Shown here one piece after another: positions 38,482 through 50,922 of a DNA stretch of 64,000 bases; within the stretch, counting starts at the first letter, position 1, and the number at the start of each line of letters is the position of its first letter. The translations under genes were made by a program, and so were the position numbers. The notes under the pieces are model-generated. The model was not told where the DNA came from. It saw only the letters and a program-made list of their open reading frames with translations, and made no database searches. Origin of the DNA: Pristiophorus japonicus (lineage: Eukaryota). Location: the NCBI RefSeq assembly GCF_044704955.1, contig NC_091991.1:33108001-33172000 (forward strand), in the 5' to 3' direction.

Positions 38482-39339
38482 ATGAATTTTGAAGCAACAT
38501 GATTATCTCCACCTGTATTTTGTTGAGTTAAAAACATCAATGCTACTTGTGCACACCTGTGAGAGATTCGAATTTCTAACAGCTGGAAGGCAGAGAGTGA
38601 CGAGGAAAGAGAGAAAGAAAAATAAAAAGAAAGGCAGATAGACAGTCTCCTTCCTCTTTCTAACACCATTTAAAGAAAACTCCAAGTTGAATTTGAGGGA
38701 ATTTGCTTGTTTTGAGGAAAAAGTAAGGTGGGAGATGCATCTTGGAAACTGGTTGAGTGTGGGTTTCTTGGCCTTTGGCAACCCTGCCTTGCCGGGAGCG
38801 AATGGGAATGAGTAACGGGTGAGGTGAAGATAAACGCTTGAGTGGGTAGTTTAAAGGAGACGTGGTTGGCAGTGGTGGGAGTGAGGACGTGGTTCGGGTG
38901 ATGGGAAGGTGAAGAAATAGAGGATGCGATAGGAGTGAAAGAGTGTGAGGAAGAATGAGTGATTGGGCAGAGAGGCCCTGAGGGCCACAATTTCCCTGCA
39001 TCCTCCCACCCCAACCTTTGGTGACTCCTTTCCCCACCACACCACGCCATGCTACTCATTACCTCCCACCCAAAATGAAAGGAAAGAAAGTGAAAAAAAG
39101 GAAAAATTAAGAAGAGAGAAGAAGATAAGGAAGGGGACGAGGGGAGAGAAGAGGAGAGACCGAGAAATAGTAACATGAAGACCTCAGACAGGTAATGGAG
39201 CAACCATATTCTCTGACTGTGCAATCCACATGATATTTACTAGTAACTTTCTGTTAACTATTTCTATTGTAAACTCATACCCACATTTTATAATGGGAGT
39301 CTGCCTACGTAAACATGAGAGTACATTCCTTAAAACAAC

Positions 39340-39480
39340 CTCTTTGATCAAGTGTTTGGTCACCTGTCCTAACGTCTCCTTATGTGTCTCGGTGTCAAAC
39401 TTTGTTTGATAACGCTCCTGTGAAGCCCCTTGGGACATTTTAATACATTAAAGGTGCTGTATAAATGCAAGTTGTTACTG
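39340..39480 (+). mobile_element. L2/SINE-type 3' tail fragment
   Basis: ctgtgaagcc..ttgggac..aaaggtgctgtataaatgcaagttgtt resembles the SINE tails in this window. Confidence 0.5.
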
Positions 39481-41689
39481 TTAATTATAATCCTTTGTCT
39501 GTAAGGGTGCTGCAATGTCACCATTCGTAGGAGAGTGTATTTACAGCATTACAAATTTACATAGGCAATTCTCATTATAAATGTTGCACATAAGGATTTA
39601 TAATGGACCGAATGCATGACTTTAAAATGGGGGCTGAATTGCATCGATACGCACTGGCCCAAATATCCTCTGGCTTCTAATCCCGCTTCACTTGAAGGCT
39701 ACAGTTTTCTGCTAACTCCCGCAATGCTTTGGGAGGATGACCAGTACACACTAAAAACCTAGCTGTATCACAGATATTGAATACGATGCATAAACACAAA
39801 GGATAGGAAAAGACAATCTTGCCCATTAAGTGTCCCCAATTCAGATACAAGGTAACAATGTACAGGGTACATTTACCCACCCGTTAACCATGCCATCTCC
39901 TGGAAGAGGCAAACCAGAGAAAAATAACCAACGGCCAATTTTGGGAAAACGCTGGTACATTTCTTTCTGACCCCCAAAGTCTTTCCATCAAGGCTCTAGG
40001 AGACTATTAGCCTATTATTCATATTAATCGTAGCTAACTAACAACTTATTTTCTATAACTGGAAATGTCCTCTTCATTCGGGAACTTGTCTAGTTGCTTT
40101 TTAAAGAATTACAGTTAATCCATACCCACCTCATGTTTTGGTAGTCTGCTCTCGAGCAAAATAAAATACTTACTGGCATCGATCCTAACTCTTCAGTGAT
40201 GAATTAGCAGAGTTACCATCTTTTGGATGAGATGTGGGAAAAAAAGAAACCTGGTCTTTCTGCTCGGGTGGATTTAAATGATCCAATGTCACCATTTGAA
40301 GAAAAGCTGGGAGTTGTCCCAGTTTTTGGCCGAGGATTTCTTCTTCAACCAACACTACCAAAAGCATAGCTGGCTAGATTATGTTTGTTCCTGCACATGG
40401 GTACATTGGATTACTTGGGCACAGAGGAAAATCTGGTGGGGAGGATCACATAGCCATAAAGGAACCCACCCAATTTTCCATCTATTTAAACTTGGTGCTC
40501 TGTTCAACTCGAGCTGGACTTCCTACACAACAATGATCTGTTGCTAGGACCTCTGGAATATTGCCTGCCTATGGCCCTATTACTTTCTCACTAGCAGCGA
40601 AACCCTAATCCGTACTTTCTAAGATTGACTTCTCCAATGTTCTCCTTGCCATGCATCTGTTTCTCTTTTACACCCCCCCCCCCCCCCCCTCCAACTTCAC
40701 CCTTTACAAACTCCAACTAATTTTGAACTCTCTGGCCCATGGCTTCCTGTACCCAAGTGAATTGACTTCAAAAGCCTAATTTTCAAACCCCTCCAGGGCC
40801 TTGCTTCACCCTCCGTGACCAATCCTCTCCAGCTGTACATCTTCTCGACTCCCCTGACACTAGATTACCGCTCATTTCCCACTCCCAGCCTATCATCGTC
40901 AGAGGCAGTTCTTTTGGTCTCTATGCCCCTGCACTTTGAAATTCCCTCCAAAAATCACTTTACATCCCACTTCCCTCCCTCCCTTCAAAAGTCTTCTGAA
41001 AACACTTCACTGCGTACCTGTCTTCATCCTCTCTATTCCCTCCCACTTTTTGCATTATTTTTCCTCCTTTCTCCTGCTCAATCTCTTTTGTCTTATTAAG
41101 CACTCTGGGAAGTTTGCTTTATGGAGTACGACATGAAGTTATTGTCAGCATTACACGTAGAGGATACAAAAAACGCCCGTGGTATATGAGTCAACTCACC
41201 TTTTTAAAGTAGCTGATGCTCTTCAGACGTTGACCAAACTTGCAATCTTGAGCTTGGTAAGGCATTTGTTAATTCTGTAACCATTTAAAAAGGTTCCTAA
41301 ATCTGGCTGTAAATAGTCATAGTTTTAAAATCTTTAAAATCAGGACAAATTAGCAATCTAATGTATAATGCAACTGACCCCTTAAAGCATTTTGGTATAG
41401 GCATAATATGACCAAGAGGGATGTTTATGGCAAGTCATTGTACTGAAGGCTTGGTGTGAAGCTGCCTGTTTAATACTAACTGTCCATTTGGACACATTTA
41501 TCTCAATGTAATTGTTATTGACAAAGGAAGGTGGACTGGGACAGTTCCCATCTGTTGGAGATAAGGGGAATTTCTTCTAAGACTGAACAAATAGACTTTA
41601 TAAAGTACATACTATCCTTATAACATAGTCTGAGTGTTTTGTGCATTTCAATGAGATGCACACTATAATGAAAATCCTGTAATTATAGC

Positions 41690-41830
41690 ATAAGAACATA
41701 AAAAATAGAAGCAGGAGTAGGCCATTTGGCCCCTCGAACCTGCCCTGCCATTCAATAAGATCATGGCTGATTTGATCCTGGCCTCAACTCCACTTCCCCA
41801 CCCACTCCCCATAACCCTTGACTCCCTTAT
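41690..41830 (-). mobile_element. CR1 3' tail fragment
   Basis: cataagaacata..ggagtaggccat..gatcatggctga. Confidence 0.75.
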
Positions 41831-42599
41831 CTATAAAATGCAGCATGCATAGGTTGTAGGAGATAGACCAACCACACAAGTTGTAGATGTACTCACCCCA
41901 TTCCATTCTCCTGTAACGTTCTCGGCTATCTCAGCCTTGCCACCTAATTTATTATTTGCTTTTATAAATGACTGTTATAAACCAAATACACAATTTTTCT
42001 GCTAATTTTCTTAGTACATTCTGAACTGTCTAAAAACACGAATTATGATCCTTTTCCTCTTCTGGGATCACCAGAAAATTCAGTGCTTGTAAACAAAAAT
42101 GCTCTGCTTACATTGGTTTGTTGCTGCTAAAAATGTATTGTTGTTTATGAATTAGCACTATGGCTGTTCTAGATATTCTCTTCAGTTCAGCATCACTGAT
42201 CTCCCCTGTAAGTGGATCAATCCCGTGTTCTTCACAATCATGAGTTTATCTTTATTGCTCAATACAGATAATTGCTCAATACAAATATTGTAACAGTGAA
42301 AACCCTTTGTTATAGAAGCTGCATACTATGAGCTCTCGCATGCCTCCACGTGTTTCTCTAGTCTTACTAAAGGATCAATCAGTCTGCCTTTCGTGAGTCA
42401 ATACCAAGTGTAAATGAACAAACTGATTTGTTTTGACTTGTGAGTGAACAGTCAAATTTATAGTGAACTTCACTGTGTCAACTTTTTTAAATATTCATTC
42501 CATAGCGTGTTGCTTTTTCTGTTTAGCATGCATGTCCTGGGTTGTAGCTTCACCAGCTAAGAACCTCATTTTCAGGTATGCCTTGATGGTGCACTTGGC

Positions 42600-44548
42600 A
42601 TATACATAGATGACCTGGAAGAGGGGACAGAGTGTAGTGTAACACAATTTGCAGATGACACAAAGATTAGTGGGAAAGCGGGTTGTGTAGAGGACACAGA
42701 GAGGCTGCAAAGAGATTTAGATAGGTTAAGCGAATGGGCTAAGGTTTGGCAGATGGAATACAATGTCGGAAAATGTGAGGTCATCCACCTTGGGAAAAAA
42801 AACAGTAAAAGGGAATATTATTTGAATGGGGAGAAATTACAACATGCTGCGGTGCGGAGGGACCTGGGGGTCCTTGTGCATGAATCCCAAAAAGTTAGTT
42901 TGCAGGTGCAGCAGGTAATCAGGAAGGCGAATGGAATGTTGGCCTTCATTGCGAGAGGGATGGAGTACAAAAGCAGAGAGGTCCTGCTGCAACTGTACAG
43001 GGTATTGGTGAGGCCACACCTGGAGTACTGCGTGCAGTTTTGGTCACCTTACTTAAGGAAGGATATACTAGCTTTGGAGGGGGTACAGAGACGATTCACT
43101 AGGCTGATTCCGGATATGAGGGGGTTACCTTATGATGAATTATAGACCGGTCAGCCTGACATTGGTAGTGGGTAAAATGATGGAATCAACTATTAAGGAT
43201 GTCATAGCAGCGCATTTGGAAAGAGGTGACATGATAGGTCCAAGTCAGCATGGATTTGTGAAAGGGAAATCATGCTTGACAAATCTTCTGGAATTTTTTG
43301 AGGATGTTTCCAGTGGAGTGGACAAGGGAGAACCAGTTGATGTGGTATATTTGGACTTTCAGAAGGCTTTTGACAAGGTCCCACACAAGAGATTAATGTG
43401 CAAAGTTAAAGCACATGGGATTGGGGGTAGTGTGCTGACATGGATTGAGAACTGGTTGGCAGACAGGAAGCAAAGAGTAGGAGTAAATGGGTACTTTTCA
43501 GAATGGCAGGCAGTGACTAGTGGGGTACCGCAAGGTTCTGTGCTGGGGCCCCAGCTGTTTACACTGTACGTTAATGATTTAGACGAGGGGATTAAATGTA
43601 GTATCTCCAAATTTGTGGATGACACTAAGTTGGGTGGCAGTGTGAGCTGCGAGGAGGATGCTATGAGGCTGCAGAGTGACTTGGATAGGTTAGGAAAGTG
43701 GGCAAATGAATGGCAGATGAAGTATAATGTGGATAAATGTGAGGTTATCCACTTTGGTGGTAAAAACAGAGAGACAGACTATTATCTGAATGGTGACAGA
43801 TTAGGAAAAGGGGAGGTGCAACGAGACCTGGGTGTCATGGTATATCAGTCATTGAAGGTTGACATGCAGGTACAGCAGGCGGTTAAGAAAGCAAATGGCA
43901 TGTTGGCCTTCCTAGCGAGGGGATTTGAGTACAGGGGCAGGGAGGTGTTGTTACAGTTGTACAGGGCCTTGGTGAGGCCACACCTGGAGTATTGTGTACA
44001 GTTTTGGTCTCCTAACTTGAGGAAGGACATTCTTGCTATTGAGGGAGTGCAGCGAAGGTTCACCAGACTGATTCCCGGGATGGCGGGACTGACCTATCAA
44101 GAAAGACTGGATCAACTGCGCTTGTATTCGCTGGAGTTCAGAAGAATGAGAGGGGACCTCATAGAAACGTTTTAAATTCTGATGGGTTCAGGCAGGTTAG
44201 ATGCAGGAAGAATGTTCCCAATGTTGGGGAAGTCCAGAACCAGTGGTCACAGTCTAAGGATAAGGGGTAAGCCATTTAGGACCGAGTTGAGAAGGAATTT
44301 CTTCACCCAGAGGGTTGTGAATCTGGAATTCTCTGCCCAAGGAAGCAGTTGAGGCTAGCTCATTGAATGTATTCAAATCACAGATAGATAGATTTTTAAC
44401 CAATAAGGGAATTAAGGGTTACGGGGAGCGGGCGGGTAAGTGGAGCTGAATCCACGGCCAGATCAGCCATGATCTTGTTGAATGGCGGAGCAGACGCGAG
44501 GGGCTAGATGTCCTACTCCTGTTCCTAATTCTTATGTTCTTATGTTCT
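42600..44548 (+). mobile_element. Chimeric CR1 (subfamily B / A / B)
   Basis: RT C-terminal region occurs twice (42600-43137, 43138-44300); ORF 43132-44175 is a 347-aa RT; tail cttatgttcttatgttc. Confidence 0.9.
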
Positions 44549-44559
44549 ACACTCATTGA

Positions 44560-45015
44560 ACCTGGCTTGATGGTGATGGAGGAGTGAGGGATGACAGATT
44601 ATGGTGGTATACAATTCTGCTGCTGTTGCTGATGGCCCACAGCACCTCATGGTGTCCAATTTAGAGCTGCTAAATCTGTTCTAAATCTATCTCATTGAGC
44701 AAGTGTCACACAACACGATGGAAGGTGTCCTCAATATGAAGACTGGATTTAATCTTCACAAGAACTGTCCAGTGATCAGTCCTACCAATGCTGTCATGTA
44801 CAGATGCATCCGCAATGGATAGATTGGGGAAGACGATGTCAAGCAGGTTATTCCCTTGTTTGGTTCTCTAGCTATGCAAGCCCAGCCTGGCAGCTGTATC
44901 CTTTAGTCCAGTTCGGTCACTGAGCCACTCTTGGTGATGGACATTGAAGTTTCCCACCCAGAGTACATTCTGTGCCCTTGCTACCCTCAGTGCTTCCTCC
45001 AAGTGGTATTGAACC
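44560..45015 (-). mobile_element. Old CR1-group LINE endonuclease fragment
   Basis: Reverse translation YHLEEALRVARAQNVLWVGNFNVHHQEWL (APE GDFN motif). Confidence 0.7.
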
Positions 45016-47055
45016 ACATTCATTGGTTCAACCTGCTGCCGCTATTTCAAATGTAATTTAATATTGTAGCATTAAAGAAGGAAAAACATTGAATTGTGCT
45101 AGACTCCCATTTTGCTGCATGTTTTTCTGTGCGCTCAGAGTATAGTTTTACTACATTTTATACAAGTCTGTATGTTCCATTTCTGTAAAAAAAAAATTGC
45201 TTTTTTCTCTTTCTCCCCCTTCTTTCTATCTTTTGTTTCTATCTGTGTTTCTCTCTCACTTTTTCTTTCTTTCTCTCTCTCTTCCCCTTTCTCTGTTTAT
45301 CCCATCCATCAGCTAATCCCATCATAACACTGTCTTAAAAATTTTAAAAGTTCTCAAGCATTTTCTATAACCTCCCTCCCTGTTCAATGATGAAACTGAA
45401 ATGAAATGTTTTAAAATGCTCATTTACCAGCAGTCAATTAATTCAAGTGCAGTTTCAATTAAGGACTGAATTAAGTTAATATACGCAAAGTTTTGGCATG
45501 AGTCCAGATTTCAAAGTACACTTCAGTTTGCAGGTGTGACTTGACAGGTTTCATTTTACAGACTTCCCGTGTGAACTTGTCTTATCAAGGGATATTGGCT
45601 GACCTATCCCACAGTTCATTACATGCATTCTGGTAATGCCACATAGATTCTGGTATATGTGTCTCTCTGATAAAACCATGAAAGGTGCTCAGAATACTCT
45701 ACATATTATAACCCTACTTTGAGTATATTATCAAACCCCTGATTCCTATCAGATAACATGCGTCAGTATGGCATAATTGATGGCCGCTTTAAAAATAGAG
45801 CTGTTTGAGGTAACGAGATACCGACTATGGTCACATTTTTAGTTGAATTTTTTAATGATGACTGGGATTGTATTCAATGTTATAACAGACTATTGGCTTT
45901 GGTTGATTGCAACAACAAGATCTTCACGATCTTCGTTTATGATGTCATCTAAACACCGCAGTTGTCACTGCCTTGTAATGCACTTCTATGTATAACGTAC
46001 TGTGAAAGCATTTACTACTGTTGAGCGTAGCTTAAAAGCTCCTATCAAGGGCTATTTTAAAGCATATCTGAACCAGGCTGTTACAGAGAAGGGAGCTCAA
46101 AGAATATACTTAAAATGGAGGTGAAATAGCTGCTAGGAATTTAGTAGACTAAAGAAAAAACTGCTGTGATCATTGCCAGACATCCATTATCTTTGCACAG
46201 ACGCTAATCCCATTAAGGTATTTAGTTGATATTTAAACCATGAGCAGAAGCTGCTCCAGGTTATGCATTAATTTTAGTACATATCAAAATGGCTGATTGT
46301 TTTGTGTTTGCCTTTGCAATGGAGGCTGCCATCCCAGTATGGTCCATGTTGATGAGTCGTGGCATCCACCATGAAGCAAAAATGGCGGTGTCTTGATCAC
46401 TGCAAGTTCGTTGAACAGTCAGTAGTTGGTTACAATCTGTGTAATTTAGAAATTCTTTTTATTTTTGAGCACTTTACATCATTATTTCTTTTGAAATCCA
46501 AACAGTTACAAAGTCTTAATGACTGGAAACTCGGGTGCCCAACTCTGGTTGGAGGCATTCCTGGAGATTTGCTCACATAATGTTCCGACCACATGACATC
46601 TGGCCACCCGATGTCGACTCACGTGACTTCTACCAATATTATTGGATTTACCACATAATGGTTGGGTCTCCTGTAGTTGAGAATCTTCATCTGTGGTTTT
46701 GCGCCAGCAGCTGATGTTACAAGAAACAGGAGGCCACCCGTGAGCAGGTGAAGCAGGGAAACCGCAGGCGGAGAAAACCATTCTCTCCATCTTTGTCCCC
46801 AGTCTCCATCTCATCCCCTTCCCTCATTCCCCAGTCTCCACTCCTGATTCCAGACTCTTCCCCCGTTTTCCTAGCTCTCCGCCCCCCCCCCCAACCCCGA
46901 TTCCAGACTTCTACCCAATTTCAAATAAATAAAATTAAAAAAAATGGGAATGTATGAAATGAGTGGCTATAAGGGACAGAAGAGTAACAGGAAATAACTT
47001 TTAAAGAATGGGTAGACATTTGATCTGGACCCAATAATATAAAGACCTACACTTA

Positions 47056-47407
47056 CAGGGCTTGACAGGGTCAATGCAGGGAGGATGTTTCCTCTGGCTG
47101 GCAAATCTAGAACCAGGGTCACAATCTCAGAATAAGGGGTCGGCAACTTAGGACTGAGCTGAGAAATTTCTTCACTCAGAGGGTGGTGAATCTTTGGAAT
47201 TCTCTACCTCAGAGAGCTGTGGATACTCAGTCGTTTCATATATTCAGACAGAGAATGATGGATTTTTTTAATATTAAGGGAATCAAGATATATGGGGATA
47301 TTGCAGGAAAGTGGAGTTGAGATAGGAGATCAGCAATGATCTTATTCAATGGCAGAGCAGGCTCGAGGGGCCGAATGGCTTACTCCTGCTTATAGATCTT
47401 ATGTTCT
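47056..47407 (+). mobile_element. CR1 3' fragment
   Basis: NFFTQRVVNLWNSLP-like coding followed by tail. Confidence 0.8.
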
Positions 47408-49254
47408 CATCCAAATGAATTTGTGCCTCAAATGTGCCAGTGCCCCTAAATTGGTTTCAATCTCACTAATATTTATCAGGGATTGTGTGTGAGAGAACAT
47501 GGGTAAAGCACTGGTTGAAAATAGCACGGGAGGAGTGCTGAGATGAATTCTTTAATGAATAAAACTATTTTTTCAATACCAAATACAACAATCAAATCAC
47601 TTAATGTGTTCAGCTTGTGGCATCATTTTCAAATATTCTATCAATTTTTAAAGAAATTTTCAACATCTACTTTGAGCTGTTGCTATACGTTAATAATATA
47701 GGAAAGAGGAAATGGTATTTTGACCAGGGTGTAAGTTTTTATTTTGTGCGGTGCTCCAGGCACTGTATTCTAGATGCAGTTCAAGTTAAAAGCAACCTGA
47801 ATGGGGGAGTAAGTGCCTCAGGAGGATTCACAAACATTCCTCTGATGCATAGTTTTTCAGATGCATACTGAGGTTACTGATCAGCCAAAAGAAATTTAGA
47901 CCAGTCACTACAATAGTGTGATTTATGCAGCACCTTCTCATCACTTTGCACAAATTGCCCGTAAATAAAGAGAAACATCTGTTTATCACACTGCGTATAA
48001 AGAATTCAGAGTTAGTTGTGTAAAAGCTCCTCGCTTAACCTGAAACCTGTATTTATGATATTTGATGGATGTTGTCATACATTTACATTCCAAAGCAACT
48101 GACCTAAACGTAACTCCAAAGACGATGGGAGACATGATTTCACGAGTTTTGAATCGATAGAATTCCTACTTTGTCATTTAGACAGTGGTTTTGAGTTGGA
48201 GTCTGGGTGAAAATTGCCACCATTTTGACTTGCGCGCAGCTATTGAAGTGCTTTCTTCATCCATCATGGCCAGGGGGAGTTTTTAACTTTATAACATGAA
48301 CTATGTTCAGATTTGTAAAGTATGGAACGTTCAAACACTACTGTGCTGGGTGTACAGCATAAAAACCCAAAAGCCCAAAGAAACGTATACCTATCTATTG
48401 ATCATTTAAGGGAGAAAGTTTGCAAATCAATATTCAGTGTAAGTCCCAATTTCTGTAACTGCATTGTGCTCCAATACTCCATTATGATCTTGTATCCTTT
48501 TGTATTGTATCTAATGTGTAACTGTTGGCTGTCTAATGGCTCCTTGAGATGAAGGTTTTCATAGAAGTATTCTACATATAATATAGAAGACCACTATAAA
48601 ACGCATTGCTTCATCACAAAACTTCAGGAACTCTTTGTGGGAAGGATGTGCACTCCTGGGGAAATTTACCACCACTAGTTTCAATCCTGAGGCACCAAGC
48701 TTTGGCACGTTTATAAAAAATGCATTTGTGATATAACTATATATAATGCACAAAGGAAGTCTTCAGCTAAAAAGATGGGGAACAGCATGGTGGCAGTGAA
48801 CATTCATGCTGACACTCAGTGCCATAGGGCTCTATTTTCGCCACCATTGGGCGCCACCTTTTTGGCGTCCACTGATTTTTTTTGGAGCATAATGATTTTT
48901 CCATTTTGTACGCTGGCGGTGACTGTCGGCGCCGGTTTTTTTGTACACAAGATTTTTTGGCACAGGTCTGGTTGAAAACTGATTTCCATGCCATTTTTGG
49001 CTCTTGAACCGATTTTCGGCAACAACGATTTTTTTTCAGGACGGCGCACAGTGGCCTTAAATACCGATCAGAAAAACCCGACGTTAACTTAAAGAAGTGG
49101 CCGCTGAGTATATTTGAGTTTTTGGAGCGAGGGAAGAAGACAATTTAAAACAGAAATTAATGATGATTTTTGCAGAGGGAACTCGGAAAATAACTCAAAG
49201 TTCATTTTTCCCACAGAATGTTTTTGAGAATGGGCAAATTGCAATTCCACTCCG

Positions 49255-49558
49255 TCATCATCATCAAAGGCGGTCCCTCGAACGAGGATGACTTGTTTCC
49301 ATACCAAAAGGAATGAGTTCACAGATGTTTCAATGAAGGACCCGATTCTCCAATCCTGAACTCCAGGGGTGGAAGATGTCAGTGCGTGGACTTTTAACGT
49401 GTGGTGACTGTTGCACATCAGCCACCACACGGGCTTGACAGAGCTAGGCCTTTATCCAGTGGCAAGGGTTAACCAGGATGTCGGGCAACCTGCTCTGCTG
49501 CACGGACCTAGTGCACACACATATCGCAGTGTGGGCTGGCCCGTGCTGCCCTTGGGCC
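49255..49558 (-). mobile_element. Third copy of the RTE-tailed non-autonomous element
   Basis: tcatcatcatcaaaggcggtccctcgaa..gcccgtgctgcccttgggcc matches 446-740. Confidence 0.8.
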
Positions 49559-49639
49559 AACCACACCATTGAATCTCTGCTCACAGGGCTCCAGGCATGG
49601 GTCGGAGGAGTCCCAGCCAGCCGAAGGATCACTCCCTCG

Positions 49640-50645
49640 GCCAGCTAGTCAGGTCAGCCACACAGCCAAAAAGTGGCAGGAGGACTGCCCTACCTGTGGA
49701 AGTGAAGGTCACTGCAACACTGGCCTTCTATGCTTCTGGCTCATTTCAGCAGCCACACAATGCTGTATTTGCCAAGTGACTGCTGCACTGTATGCCAAAA
49801 GGGACCAGTTCATCAATTTCCCTATGACCACGCAGGCCATGTAAGACAAGGCCGTGGGGTTCTCCAGAATTGCTGGCTTCCCAAAGGCACAAGGTGCGAT
49901 CAACTGTACCCACATCACCTTGAGAGCACCTTTGGATGACTCCGAAGTTTATCAGAACAGGAAAGTGTTCCATTCCAAAATGTGCAGCTCGTCTGCGACA
50001 ATCTGCATCGGATCATGGCAGTGGATGCCAAATACCCAGGTAGCATCCATGATGTTTTCATCCTACACGACAGCATTACATCTACCGTGTTTCAGAAGCT
50101 GCCAGGAGGGCAGAGCTGGTTGCTCGGGGACAAAAGGTACAGGCTTGCCAACTGGCTTATGACCCCCCCCCCCACACAATCCCTGCACTGAGCCAGAGCG
50201 TTGGTACAACATGTCGCACATAACGACACGGAACATTATAGAGTGGACAATTGGCATACTGAAGCAGCGTTTCCGATGCCTGGACCACTCTGGAGGCTAC
50301 CTGCAATCCCCCCCCCCCCCCCACCATGTCGATCAGTTCACTGTCAAGTGCTGCATGCTGCACAACTTGGCCATCATGAGGGGCCAGGCCCTGGACATTG
50401 AAGATCCTCCTGATGGGAGCAGGGGGAGGAAGAGGAGGCTGACAACGAGGTCGAGGAGGAGGAGCAGCAGCAAGAAGACGAGGAGGACCAGCAACAGCAG
50501 GGGGATGAAGATGAACCCACGCCACCACGAACCCATGCCACCACCTCAACCCGCAGGACGACAGCGGAGGAGGCGGCCTCGTGCACCTATAGTCATAGCT
50601 AGAGACTTGTGTCAGTGGCTAATCCGTGATCGCTTTGCTGCCTGA
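49640..50645 (+). pseudogene. Harbinger (HARBI1-like) DDE transposase, copy A, disrupted, N-terminus missing
   Basis: GFPKAQGAINCTHI, YPGSIHD, WLLGDK, LKQRFRCLDHSGG. Confidence 0.9.
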
Positions 50646-50922
50646 AGGCTAAACGGCCCGACAGTGTTGACTCTTTGCACCTGTTAGTGTGAAAAAATAA
50701 AGTACATCATATGTACGTAATGTTGTGTTGGTTTATGTTGCTTTAACTCAAAAAATAATGTGCAGGATTCTGCTTAAATTTAAAAACTTTGAACTTTTCA
50801 ATGAAAGAAACAACAAGTAGCAGCAACAAACAAACAAACAAACTCTAGCTGCAACCATCTCTCCTCTCCCTTATTCAAAGATTTTAGCGCCGTGTGCCTC
50901 TTTTGCTGCCTCTACCCCTACC

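Noticed and set aside
42504-42518. 15-bp match agcgtgttgcttttt with 62019
   Set aside because: No extension beyond 15 bp; expected by chance in 64 kb.
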